Assembly (NCBI RefSeq): GCF_006345805.1
Contig: NC_043009.1
Span: 38,068,001 to 38,132,000 of the forward strand
Direction of reading: 5' to 3'
From: Octopus sinensis
Taxonomy: Eukaryota
Length of the DNA: 64,000 nucleotides
Shown here: positions 13,480 through 26,686 of the stretch, one piece after another
Position numbering within the stretch: position 1 is the stretch's first letter
How the letters are laid out: every line of letters starts with the position of its first letter
Translations under genes and position numbers: made by a program
Notes under the pieces: model-generated
What the model was told of the DNA's origin: nothing
Database searches by the model: none
Seen by the model: only the letters and a program-made list of their open reading frames with translations

Positions 13480-14066
13480 CATATATGTAATTAAGAAATT
13501 GTTATCTATTTTGCTCACTCTCTTTATATACATATATCTGTTTTATGTTTACTTATCTACACACACGCAAATAGATAATAATTTCTTAATTACATGCCAT
13601 AACGTAGATCGTATGAATTAATTCCATATAAGAATACATAGTTCTAACATTGCTCTGAAATTTCTCTTCAGAATTTGGTGAACATGCCTTAGAGCTGAGA
13701 ATTAAATACATATGCATGATGACATTCGTATTTTTCCAAAACAAATTAAAAACAACAACAACAATAATAATAATAATGTTAAATGAGTAGGAGACCTTAG
13801 TAAAGTAGTGTTACCGAACTCTTGACCTGACATACACAGGCCAGAGGGGACGGGGGTTCAATAAGTTATTGAATTAGCAACTAAAGTGGAAGCAGCAATT
13901 ATAATTAGGCATTGTTGTGAAGCAGTCACAGATATGTTTTTGCATTAGCTTGTTTCTCAATGCCATATAATTATATTTCATTCATGAGAAACACTATTTA
14001 ATCATAAAGCAGGTAAGCATAAATTGCTTATCAATATAATCTTGATCTGAATGGTATATTTTGAGA

Positions 14067-14104
14067 TATTTTGCAATAGTTTTCGATAACTCATCAGCAA
14101 AATA
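14067..14104 (-). ncRNA. Minimal type I hammerhead motif, non-cleavable triplet
   Basis: UAUUUUG CUGAUGA GUUAUC GAAA ACUAUU G CAAAAUA: perfect 7-bp helix I, intact CUGAUGA/GAAA, position 17 is G. Confidence 0.6.
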
Positions 14105-14808
14105 GCTTCCGAGAGCGTCGTTAGTGATAAAAAAACAAAAATATCTCTAATGAAGTCTTATTAGCAATGTTTTCATTTTTATCTTAATCTTATGCTAAAT
14201 TTTTAAACGTATGTAAATTCTTATAACATTTGGTAAACATTAATATTATGTACTGGTTAATATTAATTTTTATCAATAAATTATTTAAAACAACAACACA
14301 AAAACTAATTTTTCAAAATAATTTGTATTTTTGTCTTCAAATTTTCAAAATCAATTGACATCTATTTACATAATTTATTTATAAAATAGCTATCTAAATA
14401 CCTATCTATTATTCCCTAAACATCTACCTGAACATCCATCCATCTATTTATACACATACAAATATACATACATATATATATATATGTACGTACACAGACA
14501 CATATATATGAATGTATGTAGTTATCAGATATGACTTTGAAGAATGGTAATTTTTATTTATAAAATAAATAACATACAATACAGATAGACTAAAGATTAG
14601 CTGAATAATAATGATAAATAATAATAAAAATATAATTTTCCAATAATGAAAATATTTTTCCAATTGTCTGTATTTGCTAATTAGTAAAATGAAAGTAATT
14701 AAGCACAGATATGTTCAATTGAAAAGATTCATTTTCATTGATATTTCACAGTTTAATTTTACACCGTTTCTGTTGTTATTGCTTTTTTATTATTATAGCT
14801 GCAGCTGC

Positions 14809-14841
<33 letters not shown>

Positions 14842-14864
14842 CATCATCATCATTGTCATGGTGG

Positions 14865-15775
14865 TGATCTGAAAGAATCGTTAACACGCCGGACAAAATG
14901 CTTAGCCTATTTTTATATTATGAGTTCAAACTCCTGCCTTTTATCTCGTTGGGTTGATGAAATAAGAACTGGTTAAGCACTGGGATCGATGTAATTGACT
15001 AACCCCCTTCCCTCAAATTGCAGGCCTTGTGTCTATAGTAAAAAGAATTATTATTATTGCTGGCCTTGTGCAATGAAAACATTAATACTATTAAGACGGC
15101 AAGCTGGCAGAATCATTAGCACGTTGGACAAAATGCTTAGCAGTATTTTGCCTGTCATTCTGATCTGAGTTCAAATCCTGCTGAGGTCAACTTTGCCTTT
15201 GATCCTTTCTGGGTCGATAAATTAAGTACCAGTTGAACACTGTGGTCAATGTAATCAACTCATTCCTTCCCTCAAAATTGCTGCCCTTGTGGCAAAATTC
15301 GAAACCCTTATTATTATTATTAAGGCAGCAAGCTGACGGAATTGTTAGCATGCTGGACGAAATGCTTAGTAGTATTTTGCATATTGCTATATTCTGAGTT
15401 CAAATTCTGCCGAAGTCGACTTTGCCTTTCATCCTTTTGGGGTTGATGAAATAAGTACCAGTTGAAGACTGGGGTCGATATAATCGACTCATCACCTCTC
15501 CCAAAATTGCTGCCCTTGTGGAAAAATTTGAAACCATTATTATTATAATTATTATTAAGGTAGCGAGCTGGCAGAATCGTTAGTGGCATTTCATCCATCC
15601 TTATTTCACAGTTGATTAAATAGGTACCAGTGAAACACTGGGGTTAATGTAATCGACTAGCTTCCCCCCGCCAAATTTCAGGCCTTGTGCCTTTAGTAGA
15701 AAGGATCATTATTATTATTATTATTATTACTATTGACTCACCCCTCACTCAAAATTGCTGGCCTTGTGCCAAAAT
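14865..15775 (+). mobile_element. Head-to-tail array of four to five SINE family B copies separated by (ATT)n tails
   Basis: Repeated GCTGGCAGAATCGTTAGCA heads and AAATTGC.GGCCTTGTG tails each followed by TTATTATTA. Confidence 0.85.
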
Positions 15776-16384
15776 TAAAAATAATAATTTTTTTTTTGTT
15801 TTTATTTTTGAGAGAGATTTCAACTTGCGATATTATTTTACAGCCAAAGAATATATCTTTGGAATCACAGATTCAGTCGGAATCATACCGAAAAACATAA
15901 AAGCAAACAAACATACAAACAATAAATATATCAAGTCTTTATGAATATTATTACATCTGACAAACACAATGTTATATATACAAGATATATTTAAAAACAA
16001 GCTTAAAAAAAAAAAAGCAAAAATATTCTGTGGCTATTTGCCAGGGTAATTTTAACATGTGAAATAGTTGGCAGGGTTATTTTGCAGGCACAGTAGTTAG
16101 TTATCAATGATTTTCATTTTCTTCTTTTAAGGGAAGGAGAATGTCTGTAGCTTGGAATATACATCTTATTTAGACATGTCCACCATGCATCTATCTATCT
16201 ATCTATCTATCTATCTGTGGCTACTTCAGTCTAGCAACATATTGATATGAATATGTTGGTTTAAGATTGAAGATGTAAAAGAATATCTATCTTCTCTTGA
16301 ATTGAAATGATGAGAGCTAGAGGATATATACAGAAATATGTACACGTGTGCACACACGCACACACACACACACTCTTATTTATG

Positions 16385-16710
16385 TGCATTGCTCAGAGCA
16401 TCAGGCTCACAATCACAAGGTAGTGAGTTCAATTCCCGGGCTGGGCTGTGTGTTGTGCTCTTGAGCAAGACACTTTATTTCTTGTTGCTTCAGTTTACTC
16501 AGCTGTAAGAAATGAGTTGCAATATCAATGGTGCCAAGCTGTATCAGCCTTTGCCTTTCCTTGGATAACATCGGTGGTGTGGAGAGGAGAGGCTGATATG
16601 TATGGGTGACTGCTGGTCTTCCATAAACAACCTTGCCTAGACCTGTGCCTTAGAGGGTAACTTTCTAGGTACAATCCCATGGTCATTCATAACTGAAGGC
16701 TATATTTACC
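16385..16710 (+). mobile_element. CORE-like tRNA SINE
   Basis: GAGTTCAATTCCCGG B-box, TGTGCTCTTGAGCAAGACACTTTATTTC core. Confidence 0.7.
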
Positions 16711-17079
16711 CTTTACCTTTATCCATACACACATGAGTGTGTGTGTGTTATATTTTTTAATTCTTGTACTTGTTTAAGTCATTATGTTGTAGCCAACCTG
16801 GGTTAGCATTTTCAAGTGAATTTTAATCCATCAAGCTGGTCAAATACTCATTTTAAAGTTTGGTACTTACTATTGTATTCGTCTTTTGCCAAACAACTAA
16901 GTTATGGGGGTGTAAACAAACCTACACTGGTTATCAAATGGTGAAGGTCAAACTTGAATACATGTAAACATACACACACACGTATATACATTACAAGCAC
17001 ACACACACACGCGCATATCTTTATATTATATATATATAGACCAAAGTGTACATATGCTGCTATATATATGTATAAAAAT

Positions 17080-17525
17080 ACAAAATGGAACAAGAACACA
17101 AAGCATCCAGACAGTTAGGTGATACAAGAAAGGGACAATAAAACATCCAGATAGACAATACAAAGCAAACAAGGACGGGTCATTTGGAGTTTTCTTTCCT
17201 CAGTCGAGTTCCAAATTATCTTTGCAATTTTGGCTGGTTATACTCAAGATTGCTCCAATCTGGCCAGCCCCAAGGAAAAACTAAGCTAAGAGCATTAGAT
17301 TCCTTGGAAGAGAGCAGTGAATGTATACAAAAACAAGGATGGAAAAAAAAAGACGGAGTTGATTACACAAATACAAATAACAGGACATAACAACAGGTGT
17401 CTTTCGACCAAGGACGAATTAAATTAAGCTGGCATGTGTGGAAGTAAAGCCTTATGGCAGGGATACAAGGTTTCAAAGGCACAGGGAAGAATATAGATGT
17501 TGCAGGGACAGCGGTTGAACCAAGA
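17080..17525 (-). mobile_element. Penelope-like derived repeat, homologous to 37310-37620 (opposite orientation), with a decayed hammerhead at 17170-17208
   Basis: Shared blocks CTTCCA(A)GGAATCTA..GCT, GCTTAGTTTTTC, GGGCTGGCC, AATC(A)GCC(G/A)AAATT; contains CUGAGGA...GUC remnant. Confidence 0.55.
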
Positions 17526-17931
17526 AATATATGTATATATACTATCTTCTTTTAACTTGTTTCAATCATTGGACTACAACCAGGCTAAGGGATTGTCTTG
17601 AAGAATTTCATTGAACAAATCGGTTCCAGTACTTTTTTCTTCAAACCTGGTACTTATTCTGTCAGTTTTGTTGCCAAACTGCTAAAATGTGGAGACAGAC
17701 AAAGTAAAACTAGTTGTCAAGTGGTGGTAGGGTACAAATACAACAGAAACACACACACACACACACACACAATGGGCATCTTTAGTTTACTAAATCCATC
17801 CACAAGACTTTAGTAGGTCCATTGCTTTAGCAGAAGGCACTTACCCAAGGTGCCATGCAGTGGAACTCTGAACCAAAGATCACATGGTTTGGGAAGCAAG
17901 CTTCTCAAAACCACAAAGCCAAGATTGTGCC

Positions 17932-17973
<42 letters not shown>

Positions 17974-18329
17974 GTGATGCAAACAGGAAAAACAGAACTC
18001 AAAATATGAATATATGTATATTTTTAGGAATATTTAGCAGAAGCAACAGGATGACTTTAAGGCTTGGAGTTTCATGTGTTTGATATGTGTCAATGCACAA
18101 AACTCTCGGCCCTCGAATCACTCTGTTGCTTCTGCTAAATATTAATATATATGTGTGTGTGTGTGATAATCATCATCATCATCATCATCATCATCTAATG
18201 TGTGTATTTTCCATTCTGTATGGTCAAGAAGTTCTCTTTATAGCTACAATGTCATGGCTTACTTCCACTGCACAAGCGATTTCTACTACAGCCACATGCT
18301 GACCAATAACTTCATAGATGGACACCGCA

Positions 18330-18917
18330 TAGAAGTTAGCAGTGTACACACACACACACACACATACATATATATACACACATACATATGTCTGTGTAGA
18401 AATGAATATGTAAGAAAAATATAAACACCAAACTTATGCAGATGCAAACACATTTTTGTATAAGAATACTACAGATATGGACACACACATGCACACACAT
18501 ACGCACACACACACACACATGTACATAGCTATATTGGTTCACTCATTCCCCAGTACATGCACACACATACCTACATATGCATACACACACTCACACAACA
18601 TGCTAATATCGAGAAGAAATATATAGATACACACACACAAACACGCACACACACACACACACACACAGACGCAATCACTGAAGTTTTTGCATACACACAA
18701 CATTTGCATATAGACACAAATTTGCATATGATGCACACAAACATGCATATAAATGTGCATAAAAGCCACGTCTATCTAAACATCTATCTCTTTTAGATAC
18801 GTATAATGTTGATATGTTCGTATTAAACGGAGATATTGCTTCATTTTTGGTGTCCAAAAAACACAATAAACAATAAATATATAGTGTGAGAGATAGATAG
18901 ATAGATAGATAGATAGA

Positions 18918-18966
<49 letters not shown>

Positions 18967-20012
18967 ATGAGCATGTGTGTATAGAACTGATGTGTCAAAG
19001 CATATGGTCAGCAGTTACATGTATCAACAAACACACACACACACACACACACACATCACAAGCATACACAGATGCTCATATATACACACATGCACATACT
19101 CAGTCACTTTCATGTGTATTATTTATTACACAAAACATTGAACACAAATCACCATTTTTACGCAGGAAGTACATTGAAAGAGTGTGTGTATGGGGGGGGG
19201 AGATTTATCGAGTCATATACATAAATGCTCATACATGTACATACATGCATCAAAAAATGTATAAATGTGTATACACACACACACATATCTATAGATATGT
19301 ACATACACATACACACTTGTATACACAAATATATAGTTATATAACCACACACACACACACTTGTATACACAAATATAGTTATATAGCCATACAGTCACAC
19401 ACACACACACTTGTATACACAAATATATAGTTATGTAGTCATACACACACATACACACACACAGATCCATCAATACAAGCTCATAGACATGCATAAATAT
19501 ATTCACACCACACACATGCATACACATACATTCATCAATACATGCATATACACATATATACACATACATGCACACAAACACACACACAAGAGCTTATGTA
19601 AACATACATTCAAAGACATGTATGTACATTCATATGCACACAAATGAATGCAGATACACACACAGACAAATGCATGCACAGATATACACATACACACACA
19701 CACATACATGCACAGATATACACACACACACACACACGAATACATGCACAGACACACACACAAATACATGCACAGATATACACATATGCACACACAAATG
19801 CATGCACAGCTATACACACACACAAATGCATGCACAGATATACACATACACACACACAAATACATGCAGATATACACATACACACACATACATGCACACA
19901 CACACACAAATACATACACACACACAAATGCATGCAGAGATATACACATACACACACACAAATACATACATACATACACATTCACAAATACATACATACA
20001 TACACTCACACA

Positions 20013-20069
<57 letters not shown>

Positions 20070-20090
20070 TTCCCAGCACACACAAATGTA
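18330..20090. repeat. Compound CA/TA microsatellite with higher-order 28-45 bp units
   Basis: Repeated CACTTGTATACACAAATATA.AGTTAT and AAATGCATGCACAGATATACACATA units. Confidence 0.9.
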
Positions 20091-20775
20091 CATATACATA
20101 TGGTGAAAGCTTGTTGGAACAATAGAACAGTGAGATGTGATAACCATTACATGTTATCTATTTTGGTATCTCTTTCTGACATTCAAATCCTGCTGGAGTG
20201 GATCTTAACTGTTGTTTTACCTCGTGTGTTTGATTAAACAGAAAACTGGCAAAATACTACAAGTCTATGGAGCTACAACATTTGCTCAGTGAATGTGTGT
20301 GTGTGTGTGTGTTTTGTCATCATCATCATCATCATCATCTAGTATCCATCTTTGAGGTTGGCATGATTACGCATACACACACGTACGTACAGATTAGGCT
20401 TTTATGGGCCCCATTCTGCGGGTGTAGTACAGCATAACACAGAGACAAAAAATTGTTTACCGACCAGTGACTTATTAAAAAATGTGTGTGTATGTTTATG
20501 TATATATGTGTATATATACACACACACACATCATTAGTAAAGTGATCCAATTCCATTGTTTAATAGTATCTCAGCCAGTAGCTGTGAACAGGTTTAACAT
20601 GCTGAACTCAAAAATTAAAACCCAAATGGAGTTGATTATATATATGTATATTTAGAGGAAAACCTCTATTAAACAATTCAATAATGAAAGATGTTATTCA
20701 CACCATATAGAAAACGTACTATAAAAACCTTATTCTAAAAATCAATAAAGTACATATATATATAGATAGATAGAT

Positions 20776-20966
20776 CAGTGCTCTGCAACCGGTATGCCGT
20801 GATACAATAGTGTGCCATGAGATGATGCTAGGTGGGCCACATTGTAACCTGAATATCATTTTTATCCCCCCTTTACTTTTAGTTGTATTTTTAGTTCAGG
20901 TGTGCCACCAAATTTTGAAAAGAATATATAAGTGTACCACAAATGAAAAAAGGTTGTAGAGCACTG
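20776..20966. mobile_element. hAT/Charlie-type MITE
   Basis: TIRs CAGTGCTCTGCAACC / GGTTGTAGAGCACTG; right flank GTATAGAC; left TSD obscured by (GATA)n. Confidence 0.75.
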
Positions 20967-21003
20967 GTATAGACAGATAGAGACTTCTTGAGCATAGGGA
21001 GCA

Positions 21004-21048
<45 letters not shown>

Positions 21049-22674
21049 GCAATTGTGCCAGTGTACAGGTGACATGTAAAAAAAAAAGACGATTTTTTTT
21101 GTGGCCGTTGACAGTACTGCTGTACTGGCCCTCTACACCCACTACACTCTCGGAGTGGTTGGCGTTAGGAAGGGCATCCAGCTGTAGAAACTCTGCCAGA
21201 TCAAGATTGGAGCCTTGGGCAGCCATCTGGTTTGCCAGTCCTCAGTCAAATCGTCCAACCCATGCTAGCATGGAAAGCAGACGTTAAACGATGACGATGA
21301 TATATATATATATATATATATATTACTACACATGTAATATAAATGTGAATAAATGCCTATATAATTGTGTATGCATATCTGTATACATATATATATATTT
21401 GTTATATACATATATACACGGTATGTGTTGTAGGGTAATCAATATAATTGAGTAATGAAGGGGTGTGATAGATTTATTAAAGTATTGTATTAAATATTTA
21501 GAGCATATTTAGCTTTCGCCCTTTATGCTTCCTGTTGAATCTCTGGCAGGGTCACTTCAAATTGCTGTTGTCAGGGGATACCAAAGAAAAAGGAACAAAC
21601 AAAAAAGAAAAACAGAAAAAAAAACTAGCAATCAATTGCACTATATACACCCATCAATCTACAGCTTTGTGTCAAAGTAATACATTAATATATTTCAGTA
21701 TTGATTTATGATAAACAACTGTATGTGTGTGTGTGTATATATATATATATTTTTTTTTATTTTATTTGTTTCAGTCATTTGACTGCAACCATGCTGGAGT
21801 GCTGCCTTTAGTCAAACAAATCAACCCCAGGACTTACTCTTTATAAGCCTAGTACTTATTCTATTGGTCTCTTTTGCCGAACTGCTAAGTTACGGGATGT
21901 AAACACACCAACATCAGTTGTTAAGTGATGGCGGGGATGGAGACAAACACAGACACTCACAAATATATACATACACACATTATATTTTCAATCTCTCATA
22001 CCAAAGAGGTCTTCAGTTGGTCCTATACAACATAATTAGTTAGCTGTTAAATAAACAGAAATATTTCAATATGTACCAGTCTCCATATTTTTTGTAATTG
22101 TTTTGTAGTCACACTCCTGAAAATATTCATAATCCAAAGACATAAGTCAAATTTACCCATCAGAAGAATTAAAGTGGAATTGCTCACCCTAAACTACCTT
22201 TGGTGCTTCTTACTATTTGATATACTTAGCCAGAACCTGGACTATGCCCGAGAGCCCTTATGGTACCAACCTAGATAATCTATCCCTATATACCCATCAT
22301 GTGTGTGTATGTGATGGACTCTCCCATCGAAGATGGCGAATGAGAGTTCAGCCTTTTCCAAACAAGTTGTACAAATGATTTGTTTATAATGATCAAATGC
22401 TTGTGTTGCACAGTAGCTCCCTCTCTCCGTCAAATCAACTTTATCTGAACAGGTGCACAGTGTACCACCATGCATCAGGTGAAGAAGTGATTGCAGGGTA
22501 ACACAAGACAAAGGGTTTTGCTTTAGAGAGCACAACACATCTCTCGGTCTAAGAATTGAAATCACAATCACTAGATTGTGTGTGCAACATCCTAACTATA
22601 CACACACACACACATATATATATATAATCTACATCATATATATACAAACAGGGCAAATTTAACCATTTCTTTCA

Positions 22675-22714
22675 GCGTTACTCAATTTTTGAATCTTGAA
22701 TTCTCATCAGAGGT
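22675..22714 (-). ncRNA. Decayed hammerhead motif
   Basis: CUGAUGA GAAU-UCAAG-AUUC AAAA...GUA: perfect helix II, G12->A (CpG-type change), helix I mismatched. Confidence 0.4.
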
Positions 22715-23287
22715 ATTGATATCAATTTGGCCAATCCCAGAGAAACAAGCAGCTTCTTGAATGTATATTGGCTTCTCTAAAACTATTTAGAGAAGTCATC
22801 AGTATCGGTGAAACTTTGGAATAAACAGTTACTTACTTATATATATATATCTGTGTGTGTGTGTGTGTGTGATTCACCACCACCACTACTTGACAACTGA
22901 TGTTGGTATGTTTATGTCTGCATAACTTAGCAGTTCAGTAGATGAGACCAATAGAATAAGTACCAGGATTAAAAAAAAAAAAAGGTAGTGGTGTTGATTC
23001 ATTCAACTTAAGTTTATCCCAGGCAGTGTCCCAGTATGGCTGCAGTCTAATGACTGAAAAAAGTAACACATAAAAAAAATATATATGTGTGTGTGTGTGT
23101 ATTCCTATACACACACACACACACACACATGCATACTCATGTACAGAAACACACACAGGATCATTCGCAAGGGTCATAGGTTTTAAGAGCTTTCTATATA
23201 AAATCAGAAAAGCATATAAATCAAGTTTCTACTATGATTTATTCAAACAATAAATACACAAGATTAAAAATGAATGAACGTGTGTAT

Positions 23288-23336
<49 letters not shown>

Positions 23337-23954
23337 TGTGAGTGAAGATTGTAGCTCCAGCAGAAAGTTGTCTTAAATCAGTCATCAGGAAAATCCCAAC
23401 CAAGTCAGATTAAAGCAAACATAATGAAGCCAGCATCCAAGGAGAATTTCTCCAGCTCGAGCAGAGAAGAGTGGGTATCTTAATGGATTATATTGAGGGG
23501 ATTATAAAATAACAAAAAAAAAAAAAAGTAGGGGGAATGGAAAAAAGGGAAAAGGGGATGAAATAAAGTGAGTTAATATGATGCTTAGGTTATTATCATA
23601 TTATAGCGTTGTTGAGATTACTGAGAGAGAACTGGCACCGTATGACAATTGGTGCCCTAAAATTAGAGGGTATATCTGAGAGATAGAAGTGAGAGAGAAG
23701 AGAAACAGGAGTGAGTGAGTGTGAGCAAGAGTGAAGTGAGAGGCATAGTGAGAATGCAAGGGAAGAGGTAGATAGTGTGTGTGGCGAGATAGAGAGACAA
23801 TGGGTATATGAGAGAGGTGATAAGAGAAAGGGTGAGAATTGCAAGAGAGTGAAACAATAAGAGAGAGGTATGAGCAAGAAGGAGTGAGAGAGAGAGAGAG
23901 AGAGATGCATACATTTCCATACACACACAATGAAAAAGTATACAAATGATTGAA

Positions 23955-24090
23955 TGCATGTACACACACACACAAACACATTACACACATAATTAGAACC
24001 ATGCATACAGTTACACACACACACACACACAAACACATTACACACATAATTGGAACCATGCATACAGTTACACACACACACACATACATG
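23955..24090. repeat. Local ~55-60 bp tandem duplication
   Basis: AAACACATTACACACATAATT(A/G)GAACCATGCATACAGTTACACAC occurs twice. Confidence 0.85.
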
Positions 24091-24447
24091 ATTGGATGCA
24101 TGCACACATATTTCTTAGTTCATTATTCAGATTATTGTAGACTAAATACCCCCTTTTTTAATGTAAACCTTAGAGACTAGCTATTGTTAAAAGGAGGATA
24201 CAGATTGACACATAATTACATATGTTAGTTGTGAGTTTATCAGACATAGTAGGGACCTGCCTAACACAGAGAACAGAAATATTTGCTATTTTTACATTTT
24301 ATTTTATTTTTTTACTTCTAAATTATTTATGGCTTAGTCAGAGCAGGAAGGGTGTCTATGACCTTTTGCAGGGCCTCTGGAGATCAGTAGGTGGCAGGGA
24401 GAAAATAAACCTCAGACTAGAAACCTCACCTAAATGCTTCAGTAATC

Positions 24448-24624
24448 AGTTCCTCTTGTGTCCTCCTCGAGGCACACAGGGCAGCAAGTTGATGCCATTG
24501 GTTTCTTTCTGTTGGCTGTGGGTTTTCTCTGCATCCAACCCAAGTGATATTGGCCTCTCTTGTATCAATTATGAATGTTCTGTATCATGTAGTTCTCAGT
24601 CTTCTCTTTATTTTTTCCCTCTGG
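24448..24624 (-). mobile_element. Degraded RTE-clade LINE 3' end
   Basis: Minus translation with frameshift/stop: PEGK..KRRLRTT*YRTFIIDTREANITW...ERNQWHQLAALCASRR, resembling the RTE C-terminal RGRP.TW...DR..W..LV.ALC pattern. Confidence 0.65.
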
Positions 24625-25559
24625 TGGTCGTCATCATCATCATCGATTAACGTCTGTTTTCCATGCTAGTATGGGTTGGACAGTTCGAACGGGTCTGGGA
24701 AGCCAGGAGGCTGCACCAGACTCCAGTCTGATCTGGCAGTGTTTCTACAGCTGGATGCCCTTCCTAACGCCAACTACTCCGTGAGTGTAGTGGGTGCTTT
24801 TTATGTGCCACCAGCACAGGTGCCAGGGGAGGCTGGCAATGGCCATGATCAGTTGGTGCTTCTTATATGCCACCGGCACAGAAGCCAGTCAAGGCAGTGT
24901 CCATTTAAAAGCTGTTTAAGAAAGGTGATCTCTGGTTTCCAACAGTGTTAGTATACACTCAAAGATCCAGCTCTGTATAATAGCACCGAGACATGGAAAA
25001 GTACCATGGAAATCAACAGAAAGCCAGAGGTATTCCACCAAAATTGCCCGAGAAGAACTCTGAGAATGTATTGGCAAGGTTCAAATACTTACTTGTATGT
25101 TGTAAAAACAGGGATTAAGACAATCATTCAAAAAGGAACAGTCTATCTGATAAGCTTCCATATAGCTTATGATCATGATCTATATATATTTCCTACATAA
25201 GGCTTTTTGTTGGCCCTGAAGCTTTGGTAGAAAATATTTGCTCAAAGTTCCATACAGTAAAACAGGATGATATATAAAGACTAACACACAAAAAGAAAAA
25301 AAACAAAAACCCAGCCTATCTGATGTTTCTGCACAGCTTCTGTCTATATTTCACTTGTCAAGGCTCGGTGTGTTTCGAGGCTATGGGAGAGGATATTTGC
25401 TCAAAGATTTCACATAGTTAAATTGAAGCTAGAATCATGTGGCTGTGAAACCAACTTCTTAAGCACACAGTCATACTTATGCCATAGTTCATTCAGATTT
25501 GGAGAGAACAGTGCAAAGAATATTACATTCTATAAAAGTGGTATTATGCTATAACTCCT

Positions 25560-26260
25560 GTAAAAATATGGGATGTCAATACATGATATTATAATATACT
25601 TCTGTTAAAATTATATCATAGAACTGCCTCTGTAAAGATATGAAAAAAGGGATATGAAGATATGCCACAGTACAAAAGGGGACATGAAGTTGTTGTTACT
25701 GCAAAAAATGGGATATAAGATTTTTCTGTAAAAATGAAAAAAAAAAGGGAATATAATGATATGCCATGATATAAAAAGAGATATGAAGAGATGTCGCAGT
25801 AAGAAAGGGGATTATGACGATGTCATTGTAAAAGATGAAAAAAAAAATGAGATATAAGAAGTTAATAACATAGTAAAAAAGGGATATGAAGGTATGTCAT
25901 CATTCAAAAGGAGATATGGAAATGTGCTGATGTAAAAAAAAAAAAAAAAAACATGTGGGGAGATATGAAGATATAGTGGTGTTAAAAAAGGTGGGATATG
26001 AAGATATGCTACTGTAAAAAAGGGAATATGAAGATATGCAATGTAAAAACATGGGGTATGGAGATACGCTGCAGAAAAAGGATATCAAAATGGTATGGTA
26101 AGCAATAGTGACTGAGAAGATATGCTGGCTAAGAACAATGAAATGCCAAAATATAACCCTATGGAAGAGGGGTTATGAAGATATGCAGCAATAGATAGAA
26201 GTGGTATCAAGGTACACCACTATAAAATAAAATGATATCGGGATGTAATATTTATCTTCA
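25560..26260. repeat. Highly degenerate ~28-bp tandem repeat
   Basis: Recurrent GGGATATGAAGATATG...GTAAAAA units. Confidence 0.6.
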
Positions 26261-26464
26261 CTTAAACATGGATGTTCTGTTAGAAGAAACATTATTTATT
26301 TATTTAAATAAAATATTATCTCTCAGTATTAGTGCAGCCTCTGTCACTAATATATATTTGATATCATTATGTTATGGCAAAAGATGTGATATTGAGATGC
26401 TATTGTAGTATATGGTATAGTACAAGGTGATAATTTACCAGTAAATTTAACAGCAATTAATCTT

Positions 26465-26686
26465 ATTTCTTTACTGCCCACAAGGGGCTACACACAGAGA
26501 GGACAAACAAGGATTAAGTCGATTATATTGACCCCAGTGTGTAACTGGTACTTAGATAATCGACCCCGAAAGGATGAAAGGCAAAGTTGACCTTGGTGGA
26601 ATTTGAACTCAGAACGTAGAGGCAAACGAAATATCGCTAAGCATTTCACCCAGCATTCTAACGTTTCTGTCAGCTCGCCACCTTAG
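26465..26686 (-). mobile_element. SINE family B
   Basis: Central domain and head present. Confidence 0.85.
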
